Assembly: GCF_009914755.1 (NCBI RefSeq) | Contig: NC_060927.1 | Source of the DNA: the human T2T-CHM13v2.0 reference genome, Homo sapiens | Length of the DNA: 64,000 nt | Strand: one strand, 5' to 3' | Shown here: positions 14,612-27,200 of the stretch, one piece after another | Layout: every line of letters begins with the position of its first letter | How positions within the stretch are numbered: position 1 is the first letter of the stretch | Translations under genes and position numbers: made by a program | The notes under the pieces: generated by a model | The model's database searches: none | What the model saw: the letters and a program-made list of their open reading frames with translations, nothing else | Told to the model about the DNA's origin: nothing

Positions 14612-14711
14612 ACACACACACACACACGCACGCACACACACACACGCACAGACACACAAACACACACACGTACACAGAGACACACATGCACATGCACACA
14701 GGCATGCACAC
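14612..14711. repeat. Imperfect (CA)n / alternating purine-pyrimidine tract
   Basis: About 100 bp of CA interrupted by CG/TG. Confidence 0.92.
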
Positions 14712-15689
14712 TCAACAGCCACTTGTACTACTGCTGGCTCGTTGGAAAAATTGATGTTACTTCTATTAGCATAATTTTTGCTCCATCTCCTTTGAACAAA
14801 GATCCCAGGCTTGGAAAGCTCAGCGAGCATCGTCTCCCTGCAGTGTCAAGGTCTCCAGTCACATCCTCTTCCCTCCAATTACAAGGCTTCTACCCAATGT
14901 CTCCCCTGGTAAGACTGGGGAAGAGAGTGCAGGCGAGCCAAGCCCAGGGCTGGGTGCAGTGGGTACGTCTGTCTGTCTGTCTGATGGCGGCTGGAAGCCT
15001 CCGTTCTCCTCCACTTCATATGGTGCAGCCATCTGGGCCACGGCTCCCTCTTATTCATCTCTGCATCCGACTCAGGAGATGCGCATAAGCACTTCTTGCA
15101 GGAAGAAACACAGGAGCCACTCCTGCGAGTAGCCTCCTCTCTAAAATGAAAACCCCAGCCCCATCTTCAGAAAGTTGGCCGGGGCATTCTGGGCTCCTGG
15201 GGCAGGCTGAATTCCAAATTCAGCTCTGAGGAAGATTCTTGGGACAGAAGAGGAAACCAAAGGGACTTTGAAAGACCAGCACCCTTCAGTGTGGTGCTCA
15301 ACCTTATATTAAAGAAAAGGACACTGAGGCCCAGAGAGACACGGTAAGTGGGCTAGAGTGTCTTGCCACAGCAAATGGCAAGGCTGAGACAGGGTCTGGG
15401 TCATTGGGATGGATGAGGGCATGCAGAGCAGGGCCTGGCACATCTCCCACCCCAGGAACAAATCCTAGGCCTGTAGAACCCCACCCCCACCCCAGAGTTT
15501 CAAGGAAGGAGCTGCGAGAGCCTGCCATAGGCGAGGGGAACAGTTGCCTCAGGCCTGAGACAGAGCCAAGGAAATAGCTAAGGCCAGGCCTTCACTTACT
15601 TGTCCCACCTGCCATATGTGGGTGTCTAGCATGTGTGTGTCCTCTGGGGTCCTGGAGGGGAAAGCCTGGCCAAGTGGGTTAAGATGAGG

Positions 15690-16190
15690 TGTTGGAAGCT
15701 GGCATGATTGCCTTCAACCCCAGCTCAGCCACTCCAAGGCAGCTTGGACAGATGAATGCCTCTTGTGAGCCTCAGTTTCTCCATCTTCACAACAGGAATA
15801 ATGACAAAACCACAGCCCTACTAATAACAACAGGGGCCTCAGGTTCACCCCACTGAGCACGGTGCATGCCTGGCCTGGCCAGTCCTTGGGGCAGCACTGA
15901 GCAGCCAAGATTGTCACTGTCCCTGTTTACAGACAAGAAATAGAAGGCTACTACCCAGGAACGTGTCCACCTTTGCACAGCTGTGCAGCTGTCCAGGGTC
16001 AAGTTCCGGCACAGGTTGTCAATCTCCAAATGCAAGTTATTTTTACCACTGCTAGATTAATTACCCACCTGTCTTTTACCTGAGGGAACAAATGAAACAA
16101 TATATGTGCAAAGGGTCTAGTACTGTGCCTGGCACAAAGGAGTGCTGGTAAGCAGTTAGGATTAGATTGACTGTGGTTACCATGGTAACA
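15690..16190. mobile_element. Cluster of MIR fragments in alternating orientation
   Basis: GAGCCTCAGTTTCTCCATCT (+); TTTACAGACAAGAAATAGAAGG (-); AAATGAAACAATATATGTGCAAAG...GTGCCTGGCACA (+). Confidence 0.6.
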
Positions 16191-16619
16191 CCAGACTTGT
16201 TCACTGTCCCCAACACTGGGAACTGCAGAGTAGTGGAAACACCTGCAAGCCAGAAGGAGGGGTGTTGAGCAAGAAAGTGTGGCCTCGGCATAGAAGCATT
16301 TACATTTTTCTTTTTTCTTTTTAAATCTTGTAACGATCAGTCACACTAGAGCCCCATCCCTAGGGCAGAAATTTTTTTCCCTTTGAGCCTCAGTGCTGAG
16401 CACTGAATTACACCCCCATCCCCGCCATGTGCCAGGCACATGATCCTCATTGGCCCAGGCAAGCACCACCCTCCATGCCAATTTCCTTATTTACTCTTCT
16501 CTTTTCCTGTTTGCCAATGCAGGTGACGAAGTTGGCCAGCACAGGTGACCAGTCTACAGGGTGGAATGCCTGCCCTTTTGCACGCATTCTTGCAAAATGC
16601 ATAAGCTTGTATTTCTCAG

Positions 16620-17335
16620 TAAACTTTTCAAAGTAAAACATTCATGCAGAAAAAAGCACAAATGACGCATGTAGAGCTTTATGCATTTTCACAACCTGAG
16701 CACACCCGTGTCACCCAGAATGAGAAGCAGAATATAATGGGCATTGTGGAAGCCCCCACATGCTCCTTCCCCCAAGGGGGTCACTCCCCTGACTCTGACT
16801 CCAGAGAGCAGAAGTAGCTGTCCTGTGCTCTATACAAATGGCATCCTGCACCATGTACCCCTTGGTGCTTGGCTGCTGTTGCTCAACTGCACATCTGTGA
16901 GATTCACCCAGGTGGTTGTGTCTGGTTTGCTCTGGTTCGTTCGCTCTCATGCTGTCACATATTCCCTTGTAGAAAACTACCCCAGGCCATTTGCCCAGTC
17001 TCCTGTTGTTAGATGTGTGGGTTGTTTCCAGCTTGGCGCTATTACAAACAGGGCTGCACATTCTGGAACAAGTCCTTCGGTGATCATAAGCACACGCTTC
17101 TGTTCGGTAAACGGCTAGGGGTGGTATTGCTGGGTCACAGCATATGTGTATGTTGAGCTTTGGTAGGTTCTGCCCAAGTTTTCCAACGTGCCTATACCGT
17201 CTGATACTCCTGCCAGCTGCACGTAAGAGTTCCAGTCGCTCCACCTCTTCACCAACTTGCCATTTGTCTGTGTTTCTCCTCGCAGCCACTGTGATGGGTG
17301 TGCCTGGTTTTGGATTGCTGTTTTAGTTCTCACTG
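16620..17335 (-). mobile_element. L1ME/MD-type 3' end
   Basis: CTGTGAGATTCACCCAGGTGGTTG, GGGTTGTTTCCAGCTTGGCGCTATTACAAA, CCACCTCTTCACCAACTTG. Confidence 0.8.
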
Positions 17336-18119
17336 TTGCCTCTGCATCCCTCTTGATAGCTGGAAGCAACAGCTCCTATGTGCTGGACACTTCATACATA
17401 CTAGCCTCTAGAGCTTAATCTTACACACATTATCTCACTTAATCGTCACAGCCACCATTTGAGGGAAGTACATTTTACAGTCGAGGAAACCGAAGCACAG
17501 AGAGGGGAAGACTCCTCCTCCCAAGGCACAGCTGATGATTTCAATTGGCGGGAAGAGAAGGGGTCAAAGTGAGAACTTCAGCATGACTTGGGGGTGCTCT
17601 GACCTGACCCCTCCGTTGTCTCGAATGTGTCTAAGGGACAGGAAGGGTCCCCCGTACTTGAACTCACTTCCCTGATTCTGGGAAAATCCCAATCCTTCCT
17701 GGTCTTCAGTCTTCCCAGCTGTGAGATGACAGCAGCCAGCACAGGGCAGGAATAAACATGTGTTTGCTGCACTGACATCTACATCTTGTACTGAGCCCCT
17801 ACAGCATGCCGGGCAGGCTTCAGATATCACATTTAATCCTCACAAAATCCCTTCGAGTTGGATGTTAATACCTCCCTTTCATAGCTGAGGACGCTGCGAT
17901 CCTGAGAGGTGGAGACACTTGAGCAAAGTCACACAGCAAATGGCAAAGCAGGATTTGAACTCACTGAGACGTGCCTAGTCCCTTCAAGAACCCTCTATTT
18001 GGAGCTCAGCCCAAGCTTTGCAGATGCTACAGGATGGCTTGGGTGTTGGAATGTATTTTTAAATTGTTCAAGAAAGATTACCATTAAATAGTTCCTGACC
18101 TCCTCCAAACTAAGAAGGA

Positions 18120-18700
18120 GCAAAATGCTAAGCGTAGAGTTCCTATAGGATTCATCAACTCCACTCCTAGGTATACACCCAAGAGAAAGGAAAACATCTT
18201 TTCACACAAAAACCTGTACACCGATATTTATAGCAACATTATGCATAATGGCCAAGAATTGAGAAAAAGTGACCATGAATTGATAAATGGATAAATAAAA
18301 TGTGGTGTATCCATACAGTGGAATATTATGCAGCCATAAAAAGGAATAAAGTACTGACACAAGCCACAACATGGATGAGCCTTGAAAACATTAGGCAGGT
18401 GAAAGAAGCCAGACACAAACGACCCCATCATGTACTATTGCATTTATATGAAGCGTCCAGGATAGGCAAATCCATAGAGACAAAAGTAGATTTGTGGTTG
18501 CCAGGGCATGGGGGTCAGGAGGTAGAGATGGGGAGGAGCTGCTAATGGGTAGAGAGTTTCTTTTGGGGTGATGAAAATGTTCTAAGATTAGATAGTGCTG
18601 ATGGTTATGCAACTATATAAATAAACTAAAAAAAACCACTTTACTGTACATTTTAAATGGTTTAATTTTTTGGCATATGATTATATTTCAATACATTTTT
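18120..18700 (+). mobile_element. L1MB-type 3' end
   Basis: CCACTCCTAGGTATACACCCAAGAGAA, AATGGATAAATAAAATGTGGTGTATCCATACAGTGGAATATTAT, ATAGGCAAATCCATAGAGACA, GGGGTGATGAAAATGTTCT. Confidence 0.9.
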
Positions 18701-19224
18701 TTTTTAAATCTGAGTAAGTGACCCAGCAGGAAGCATGCTGGAGAGGACACTCTCTGGGGGCCTTCCAGGAGCTCAGCTGCCTCCTCACCTGGGCAGCGTG
18801 CCCCTTGTCACCCTGCATGGCCAGTCGTCTCAAGCACATAACAAAGGTTGTCAGAATGGACTTAGTGTCCACGTTCAACTCACTGCTGCTTCATTTGCAG
18901 GGGAAATTATGGGCCACCTTCCTCGCTGTTTATCTTTTTAGGCCTCTAAACCACCTCCTCTGGTTCATTCATTCTTTTGTTTATTCCCCAAGCATTTATT
19001 GAGCACCTACTGTGTACCAGGCTCTGTGCTGGTCATGAGACAAATACCAGCTTGTCCTGGCCTTCAAAGAGTAAAGATTTTATCAGGAACATAGACCCAG
19101 AAAAAGCAAAGTGTAATCTGATAGGATACTTCTTGTCATCCATTTGACAATGATTTATTGAACACCTACTACATGCTGGGTCTGTATGAGGCGCTGGGGA
19201 AGTAGCAGAGCCATGACTTGGGAA

Positions 19225-19440
19225 CACAGACCGACTGCAGCTGTGCTGCTTGGGTTCAGGCCCGGGCTCTGCCACTGACCAGCTGCATGACCTTGGGGAA
19301 GCTGCTGCCCTCTCCGTGATGTGGAGGTGAAAATGGAGTCTATGTTATACGGCTGGTGTGAAAGTTAAATGACTCCACATACACAAAGTGCTTAGAAGTG
19401 CACGGTGACTACCAAGGACTAGATGAGCGTGAGCTATTGT
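19225..19440 (+). mobile_element. MIR SINE, preceded by two antisense L2 3' ends (18960-19210)
   Basis: GGGTTCAGGCCCGGGCTCTGCCACTGACCAGCTGCATGACCTTGGG; upstream CATTTATTGAGCACCTACTGTGTACCAGG. Confidence 0.7.
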
Positions 19441-19656
19441 CACTCTCCTTGTTGTTACACTAGATATGGGCAGCCTAGGGAAGCCAGGGGGCAGTGGGCT
19501 TCCAGCCCGTGGGAGACTCTGAGCCAGCCTGGTGATGGGCAGCAGAGGGGCATAACGAGCAGAGGGGACACACGCAGAGGCCTGGAGGCAGAGCCACCAG
19601 AGGCACAGGAGAGGTGGGCGAAGGTGAGAGAAGAGATGGGCTCTGCGGACCCTTGG

Positions 19657-19824
19657 TTTGGGTTTTTTTGTTGTTTGTTTTTAGAGACAGAGTTTCACTT
19701 TGTTGCCCCAGCTGGAGTGCATGCAATGCGGTGTGATTACAGCTCACTGCATCTCGAACTCCTGGCTTCAGGCAATCCTCCCGCCTCAGCCCCACAAAGT
19801 GCTGGAGTGAGCCACTGTGCCTGG
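19657..19824 (-). mobile_element. Alu monomer (FAM/FRAM-like)
   Basis: Single antisense monomer with a T-rich tail. Confidence 0.8.
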
Positions 19825-20044
19825 TGCTCTGCAGGCTCTTGAGTCTCCCGGTTCTGTCTGCTCTGCCTCTACGTCTTTCGAGGGGGTGGTGGTGGTCTCT
19901 CCCTCTAGGCCCCCGAGCCACCTCCCAGCCTTGACATCAGGGGAGGCCTCTGGGGCCAGCACAGGGGAAAAGGGCTGGTGGGAGTGGGCAGAGAGTGGCT
20001 GGGACGAGCTGGGTGCAGCTACTGAGGGCCGGATGTGCAGAAGG

Positions 20045-20235
20045 TATCGGCTTCACAGATTTCCTTCACTCCATCACCACTACTTCTAGGAGGGTGGCAC
20101 ATCATCATCCCCATTTTACAAATGATAAAACTGAGGTTCCAGGAAAGGAAGCACCTGGCCCAGGTCACCCAGACAGTGAGTGGAGGTGCTGAGGTTCAAA
20201 CCACATCTATTTCCCAGAACCTTCTATCGTTAGCC
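20045..20235 (-). mobile_element. MIR SINE
   Basis: ATCCCCATTTTACAAATGATAAAACTGAGG...CCCAGGTCACCCAG. Confidence 0.75.
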
Positions 20236-20658
20236 ATCAAGCCAGGGGGAGGGTGGTGACTGGGGAGGCTGAAGCCTTCGGTTAGGGCTAGGGTTAGTGT
20301 TAGTCAGTGTCAGTCTTATAGACGGGGGCTAGACTTCTTGTGAGCCCTGGTAAACCCTCCCCATTCCTGGACCTGTTTCCTTCTCTGTAAAATGGAGCCA
20401 CCAACACCCAATTCACCCAGTGGTGGTCCGAGGGGCGTTTGAAAGTGCCAAGCACCACCCATGTGTCCAGGTCAGATACCCACTGTGTGGCTTCAGGCAA
20501 AGCCTTCCGCTGTCTGGACCTTGGATCACAAATGGGGAAATGTGTCACTCTCATCTGGGGCTTCTTGAAAATGTGTGCCTGGGCTTGAACCACAGGGGCC
20601 CTGGAGATAGTTTTGGAGTTTCTGTTGAGAGGTGAAGCTGTCACAGGCTAGGTAGAAG

Positions 20659-20850
20659 TAAGGTTGCAAAATTAAGCAAATACAATGAAAGATGTCCACT
20701 TACATTGGAATTTCAGATAGACAACAAATAATTTTTTAGTATAAGCATGTCCTATGCAATATTTGGGACATACTTATATATATATTTTAAAACTGCTTGC
20801 TTATCTGAAATTCCAATTTAACGGAGTGTCTTGAGTTTGATCCTGTAGTC
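20659..20850. mobile_element. MER53 palindromic hAT-derived MITE
   Basis: AAGGTTGC terminus; TTGGAATTTCAGATA (20705-20719) is the exact reverse complement of 20802-20816; core AGTATAAGCATGTCC...TTGGGACATACTTAT. Confidence 0.9.
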
Positions 20851-21596
20851 CAGGGCTAGATCGAATGTCTGCCTGCAGATGCTGGTCCTTGGTCTCTCTT
20901 TACCACAAAAACATGGCCCTGGGAAGCGAGGGGCTTTGTGGGAAGGTTTAGGAAAGTCAGAGGAAAAACATATCTGCCCCTCCAGCATCCTCCTACTTCT
21001 GTTCTTGCTGTTTTGAAACTCACCCCTATGGTTGGCTAAGAGCTGGCACCATCAGTGCTGGGGGCTGAGAGAGACATGATGTAAGAATACCCTTTATCTG
21101 ATGGGCAGGCTCAGAATGGCTGTTCAGGTATTTGGGGCCAGGACGCTGGTGGGTGGCTTAGGGCATTGGCAGGCTCCAGACCCCTGGCTATCTGTGCCAC
21201 TCCCTCCCACTTTTGCCACCGCCCCACCATGATCTGTACCCAAAGAGCACCCCTGGGCGTGAGGACCACCCCCCTCCCAGAAAAGGCTGTATCCTGTGAA
21301 CCGGCTTGCAGCCAAACAGGGTCTGGGCCGCTCAGAGGAAAGAGACCTTTCTTTCCGTGAGCCCTGTTTCCTCTCCCTGTGAAAGAGGATTTGATTACTC
21401 TGACCACTGCAGCCTGGGGAGAGGATGTGCCAAGTCCTCCAGACCTGGTGGGCGGCAGCCTGCTCCCTGCCCGCTTTCCTCTGTCCGGTCACAGTGCCTG
21501 CCTAGAGTCCTCGAATGTGTCCTGCCCCAGGTCCACTCCCTAATTTGCAGGGCCTCGTATAGAATGAATATCTAGGGCCCTGTTCGAAAGACTCTG

Positions 21597-21897
21597 TTTT
21601 ATTTTATTTCTTCTTATTATTACTGAGACAGGATCTCGCTGTGTCTCCCAGGCTGAAGCGCAGTAGCGCCATCATGGTTCACTGCAGCCTCAACCTTCTG
21701 GGCTCAATCGATCATCCTTCCTCAGCTTCCTGAGTAGCTGGGACTACAGGTATGCGCCACTACAATTTGGTATTTCTTGTAGAGATGGAGTTTCGCCATG
21801 TTGCCCAGGCTGGTCTCAAACTCCTGGACTCAAGCAATTCACCCATCTCGGCTTCCCAAAGTGCTGGGATTATAGGTGTGAGCCACCGCATTCAGCC
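21597..21897 (-). mobile_element. AluJ
   Basis: Antisense Alu; diverged TSD AAAGACTCTGTTTT / AAAGGCTGTGTTTT. Confidence 0.93.
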
Positions 21898-22616
21898 AAA
21901 AGGCTGTGTTTTGAAATGTCATTAAAAGTCTAAAATATGAAACTCTTCTATTCTTGCGTCGTTTTTTCTCAACCCATCGTGGTGTTTTTTCTTGGCCTGT
22001 CATGGTGTTTTGTGTTTACAATTTAATGTCACATTCTCTTGAGTGCAGGGATGCTCGTGGGGGACTCTCCCAGGGGCCTGGGACTCAGGCTCCCCTACTC
22101 ATCGGGCACGTGTGAAGCAGCTTTCAGGTTTTCTCTCCTGCCAACTACCCAACAGCAGGCCATGCCGCAGACAAGTGGGGAGACCAAGTCAGGCATCTCC
22201 CCTTCCCGTGGGCATGCCACTCCAATGCATGGTAGACAGGCAACCCACAACGGTACCGACACTTCCCGGCTGGGGCAGGTCTCTTGTGTTAGGTGCCTTG
22301 CCCCCCGCCATCTGGAGCTGCCCACCCAATGTTTCCAGTGCTGCCAGTGTGGAGCAAGGCCTGCTCCTGCCTTGCCCTTCCCTGAGACACACACCCGATC
22401 CTGACCCTCTGTGTGCCAGCGCCCAGGCCCCTGGAGAAAGGCGGCAGCAGTGATTGGGTAGGGCCTGGGGTGCCAGAGGATGAGGTCATGGGTGGGACCT
22501 TTAATGTCCTGGAGAGGTGCCAGGAGGCAGGAGCCCATGTGAGCAAGCCAAGGCTCCAAGTCCCCTGGGCACACACTCCACTGTCCCACAGGCTTTCACT
22601 TACAAAACACACATTC

Positions 22617-22946
<330 letters not shown>

Positions 22947-22949
22947 TCA

Positions 22950-23241
22950 GGCCAGGCCTGGTGGCTCACATCTGTAATCCCAGCACTTTGGGAAGCCAAG
23001 GCAGGAGGATTGCTTAAGGCCAGGAGTTCAAGATCAGCCTGGGCAATATAGTGTGACCCCATTTCTAAAAAAGAAAAAAGGATCCTGGTGTGGTGGTGTG
23101 CACCTGTGGTCTCGGCTACTTGGGAGACTGAGGTGAGAAGAGGGTTTCAGCTTGGGAGGCAGAGGCTACAGTGAGTCGTGATTGTGCCACTGCACCCCAG
23201 CCTGGGTGACAGAGTGAGACCCTTTCTCAAAAAAAAGCAAA
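22950..23241 (+). mobile_element. AluJ
   Basis: Full Alu with GGAGGATTGCTTAAGGCCAGGAG and GAGGCTACAGTGAG. Confidence 0.93.
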
Positions 23242-23379
23242 CCCCAAAACATCACAAAATCAAAGATAAAGTTATTACAAATTTAAAGCCGGCAACCAGG
23301 AGCATTAAACACAAACGGCAGGCTCTGAGTGCCCAGCCTGGCCCAGGCGTGCGGCCAGCCTCACCCTGCTCCCACCCGC

Positions 23380-24010
23380 CTTAGGGCCCTTGCCATGCTA
23401 TTCCCTCTGCTTGGAACACTCTATTCCTGCCCTCCTTCCTGATTCACTCCCACTCAGACACCGCCCCTGGGGAGCCCACCGGGATCTTTCAGCCTGTGTC
23501 ACCCCTCCAGTGTCGTGTCCCTCACGTCTGAAGCCCCGTCCCAGCGTGTGCATTTATTTGTGTGCTCCTTTGAGTCATTTCTGTCCCCCAGCCCAGACTG
23601 GACGGGTCATGAGACCAGGGAACAGATTTTTGTTCTTCCATCTCAGAGTATCCAGGGCCTCTCACAGTGGGTTAGTAGTCAGTGTGGAATGAGTCATTAA
23701 TGGGATGAATGGCCCAGAGGAGGGGACGAAAGAGCAGTGCAGAGGCCCAAAGTGTGAAGGACCAGTTGTGTTTGGAGATCGGTGTCTCTGGGTCCGAGGT
23801 CGCATGGGCGGTGCTGGTGCGAGATGAAGCCGGGATGTCTAGTTGGGGTCAGACCGTCAAGGGCCTTGAATGCCAGGCTGAGGACTCAGACTGGCTTTAT
23901 AAAGGGGTTGTTATAAATGGTGAGATATGGTCACAGCTGTGCCAAGGACAGACTGGAGAGGGGTAAGACTGGAGGCCGGGAGCCCAGGGGGAGGCTGGTA
24001 CCAGTATCCA
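23380..24010. mobile_element. L2 fragments (sense, then antisense)
   Basis: CTATTCCCTCTGCTTGGAACACTCT (+); GCAGAGGCCCAAAG...AGGGCCTTGAATGCCAGGCTGAGGA (-). Confidence 0.65.
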
Positions 24011-25321
24011 GGCCAGGGGCAGGGAGGGAGGAAGGAGGGGAGCTGAACGGTTTAGCAGCTGCCCTGGGCGTGGGGTCACTTGCAGCCTAATTCCTTTCTC
24101 CGGCACAGGTTAGAATGAGGTGTTTAAACATCACGTGGTGCTGAGCCCTGTCCCGTGGGATTACTGTGCACTCCTGTACTTCTTGGGCCCTGAGGAGGGG
24201 TGGGACCCACCTAGCCCACCTCTGAATCCCGTTGCTGCTGTGGAGTTTTTCTCACCTGATTCAGATGAGTCCCGAGTTGGAAAGCCCCCTCCTAGAACGA
24301 GAAGGGGCGTGAGAACACTGGAAAGTGTGCCGACAATTGGGAAAGGAAGAGCGCAGAGATGGGCTGACACCAAGCAAAGAGAGCAGTGGTGATTCTGAGC
24401 ATCTGAGAGCCAGGGGCCTGGCGGTTGGAAGGGCTGAGACATCCTAGAAAGGCAGAGACACTGCTGAAAGGGAGGAGGGGACATGGGAATGTGAGTAAGG
24501 CAGCTGAGGACTGCAGGGGATAGTGTCGTGCTGAGCTTAGCCAACCTGTCTCAGCTGGAAAAAACTCACTGGATTGGGAAGAGACCCTGAGAAAGGGGGA
24601 GACACTGGGCTGAGCTGGGGACCTTGTGCTGGGCTATCCTGATCAGCCATGGAGCACAGCTGCTCACACTGCCCTCTCTGTCCAGGCTATGCCCAAGAGG
24701 AATGGAGGGGGTTAAGTTGCCAAGGAGTGGAGGTGGGGGAGCAGAAGAGCAAGTTAGCCAGTAAGTAAACTGTATAAAAGAGAGCTCTTAAAAGGCGTTA
24801 ATTTAATGAGCACATGCCAGGCATGGTGATGGGGCCTTAGAAGACAGGGATGAAGCCGATGTCCCTTCTACTCTCAAGGACTTCCCAGTCCTGGGGGGAG
24901 AAACATCAGTAAGTTACTTTCAAGGCAAAAGAAGTTATCCTATTCCAAGAAAAGCACCTATTTTTGGTGGGGAGCCCAGAGGAAGAGGAAGGTGCAGCTA
25001 GAAGACAACCAGTTTGGGTTCTGGGCTCTGCCATGAGCGAGGCAGACCTCCCTGGGCCTCAGTTTCCTCTCTTGCATTGGACTAGGGCAGGACTTTTCAG
25101 CCTTGAGTGAACCTCAGAATCCCAGGGCAGGGCTGAGGGTTCACACAGAAGTAGGAGCATACCCCCACCAGAGCATCTGGTCTGAGGAGGGGCCAAGTTC
25201 CAGGGGAGGCTGCTGCTGCTCCGGGGAGCACACAGGGAGAACCAAGAGACTTGCAGCAGGACTGTCTTCAGGAAACCCTCCGAGGAGCTCTGAAAGAGCA
25301 GCGGGTGCAGCGGAGCGCATG

Positions 25322-25431
25322 GAAGGCACCACTGCAATGTTGACACGCTGCCTCCGGCCTCCTCCATTCCACGTACACTGAAGGCAGCGCCACGATGCTG
25401 ACACGCTGCCTCCGGCCTCCTCCATTCCACG
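25322..25431. repeat. Two-copy tandem duplication, period 58 bp
   Basis: TGACACGCTGCCTCCGGCCTCCTCCATTCCACG (33 bp) identical at 25341-25373 and 25399-25431. Confidence 0.95.
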
Positions 25432-26457
25432 AACTCAGACTCAGCTGGCTCTGGGTTGGGTGCTGGAGTATCCACAGGGTGAAGACCTGGTAGACTGTGT
25501 GCCCTGTCTCAACCTCTGTGAGCTGGTTTGTAAAACGGGCTGGGAATGCAGTCAACATTTCTGTTGTTGGGACTTCTCCTGATGCCCTTTAGGTAGCCGA
25601 GCTGGCTCCAAGCCAAGAACCTGACCGTATTCAGCCTCCAACACCCCTAAACCAAAGGCATGTACAGCCCTTCTGGGGAGGAGCAGACCAAGGTCAGTCT
25701 GGGCCCCAGGATCCCACGGCCTCTGGCTTTGGGACAGGCAGGAGAACATTTCCAATTACAGAACCCCAGACAGAGCAGCGGCTATCTGGGGCTAGCTTCT
25801 CTCTCTGTCCACCCCTTGCAAAGTCCCTCAAGCAGGGGCTGAGTCACAGGGTGTTGTTTAGTGTTTTGTTACTGAATTCTTCTCTAAGAAAGAACCCAGT
25901 GTGTCAGAACGCCCAGGGGGCTGGTGGGGCAAGAGGATCAGCCCCCATCTCCTGTCTCCAGGGCGGGTTACAGAGGGTAGAGGGGCCCACAGCCAGTCCC
26001 AGGGGCTTAGTTTTCTTCTCCCAACAGCTCCTTCCTCCAGGAGCAGCTAGCAAGAAGTCACATGGGTGCCTTATGCCCAAATCTTGTGCTTGGCATTTGG
26101 GGCCTCTGGTATCACGTTCCTCCTCTTTCTCTCGTTCCTGCTCCCCAAGCCCAGCGGGGTTCCCCAAGCCAGGGCAGCCATATTTGCAGCTCACACACTT
26201 CCATTCCCACATCCCAGGCTTTGCAGGGGCTGGGCCTCCCCTCGGGCCCTCCCTTCCCTCGAGTGCAACCAGCAGTACCAATTTGCCCAGTCCTGAGATG
26301 TTTCCCAGGAGGCAAGACTTGCAGTGTGCAGAATGAGAACGTCCCAGACAAACGGGGCGAGTCGGTCACCTGACTTCACTCTTCCCAGTCCACACAGAGG
26401 CCCCATGCACTCACAGGCAGATGGGACTCAGACACAGAGGTGATAGAAATCCAGGGT

Positions 26458-26614
26458 CCAGCCACTCTGAGTAGACCCGCTGGCTGCCTTACTTTGTGGA
26501 GTCTGAGGCCAGTTTTATAGAGAAAGGGGCCAGCCACTCTGAGTGGACCCACTGTGACCCACTGGCTGCCTTACTTTGTGGAGTCTGAGGCCAGTTTTAT
26601 AGAGAAAGGGGCCA
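26458..26614. repeat. Two-copy tandem duplication (72-bp and 82-bp units)
   Basis: 53 bp identical at 26480-26532 and 26562-26614; CCAGCCACTCTGAGT at 26458 and 26530. Confidence 0.96.
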
Positions 26615-26799
26615 ATCTTAGGGAAGCCAGAGGGACAGGGACTGAGCCAGAAGAGGCAGCTGGGGGTTCCAGCAGAGCGTGGATGTGCAACCTCCACCCC
26701 TAGCTGCTGTGTGGCCACTGAGAAACCACTCCCCTCTCTGAGCCCTTTTCCCCAACTGTGAAATCTGGCTTAGATACCATCCTTCTAAGGGCATCGGCA

Positions 26800-27200
26800 A
26801 ATGGCAGATGGTTTTCTTATCAGGTTTAACCAGCAGGTGGAGGGTCCCGAACACTGCAGCCCAGTTTCCTGTGCTCCCCACACACTCAGGACAGAGACTC
26901 TGGGCCTGACAGTGAGCAGGTGCCCCCTCAGGCACTGAGACCACCCAGGGAATGAAGGTACAGCCAGCTGGGCTGACCCCATGCCTCCGGGGGCAGTCAG
27001 GAAAGGCATCTCTGAGGAGGTGACCTCTGGGCCGAGACCCCAAGAAGGGAAGGAGCCAACGTCTGGGAGAAGAGGGTTCAGGCAGAGGGAAGAGCCAGTG
27101 TAAAGGCCCTGAGGTGGGAGCCAGCTGAGAGTGCCCTAGGCTAATGGGGCAAAGGCAGGAGATGGGATCAGGGGGCCCCACATGGGCCAGGTCACACGGA
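26800..27200 (-). mobile_element. L2 LINE fragment
   Basis: GTCAGGAAAGGCATCTCTGAGGAGGTGAC...CAGGCAGAGGGAAGAGCCAGTGTAAAGGCCCTGAGGTGGGA. Confidence 0.8.

Noticed and set aside
16390-16406. Palindrome TCAGTGCT-G-AGCACTGA
   Set aside because: 8-bp arms are expected a few times by chance in 64 kb; not a full Maf site.
16711-17289. 192-aa ORF with faint L1 ORF2 C-terminal flavour
   Set aside because: Decayed L1M 3' end; not an intact L1 ORF.
20280-20315. Telomere-like GTTAGGGCTAGGGTTAG (similar C-strand hexamers near 46050-46235)
   Set aside because: Two or three degenerate hexamers only; too short to call interstitial telomeric sequence.
25322-26614. Direct repeats considered as a CRISPR-like array
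   Set aside because: Two unrelated two-copy duplications with no spacer series and no cas genes, in primate DNA.
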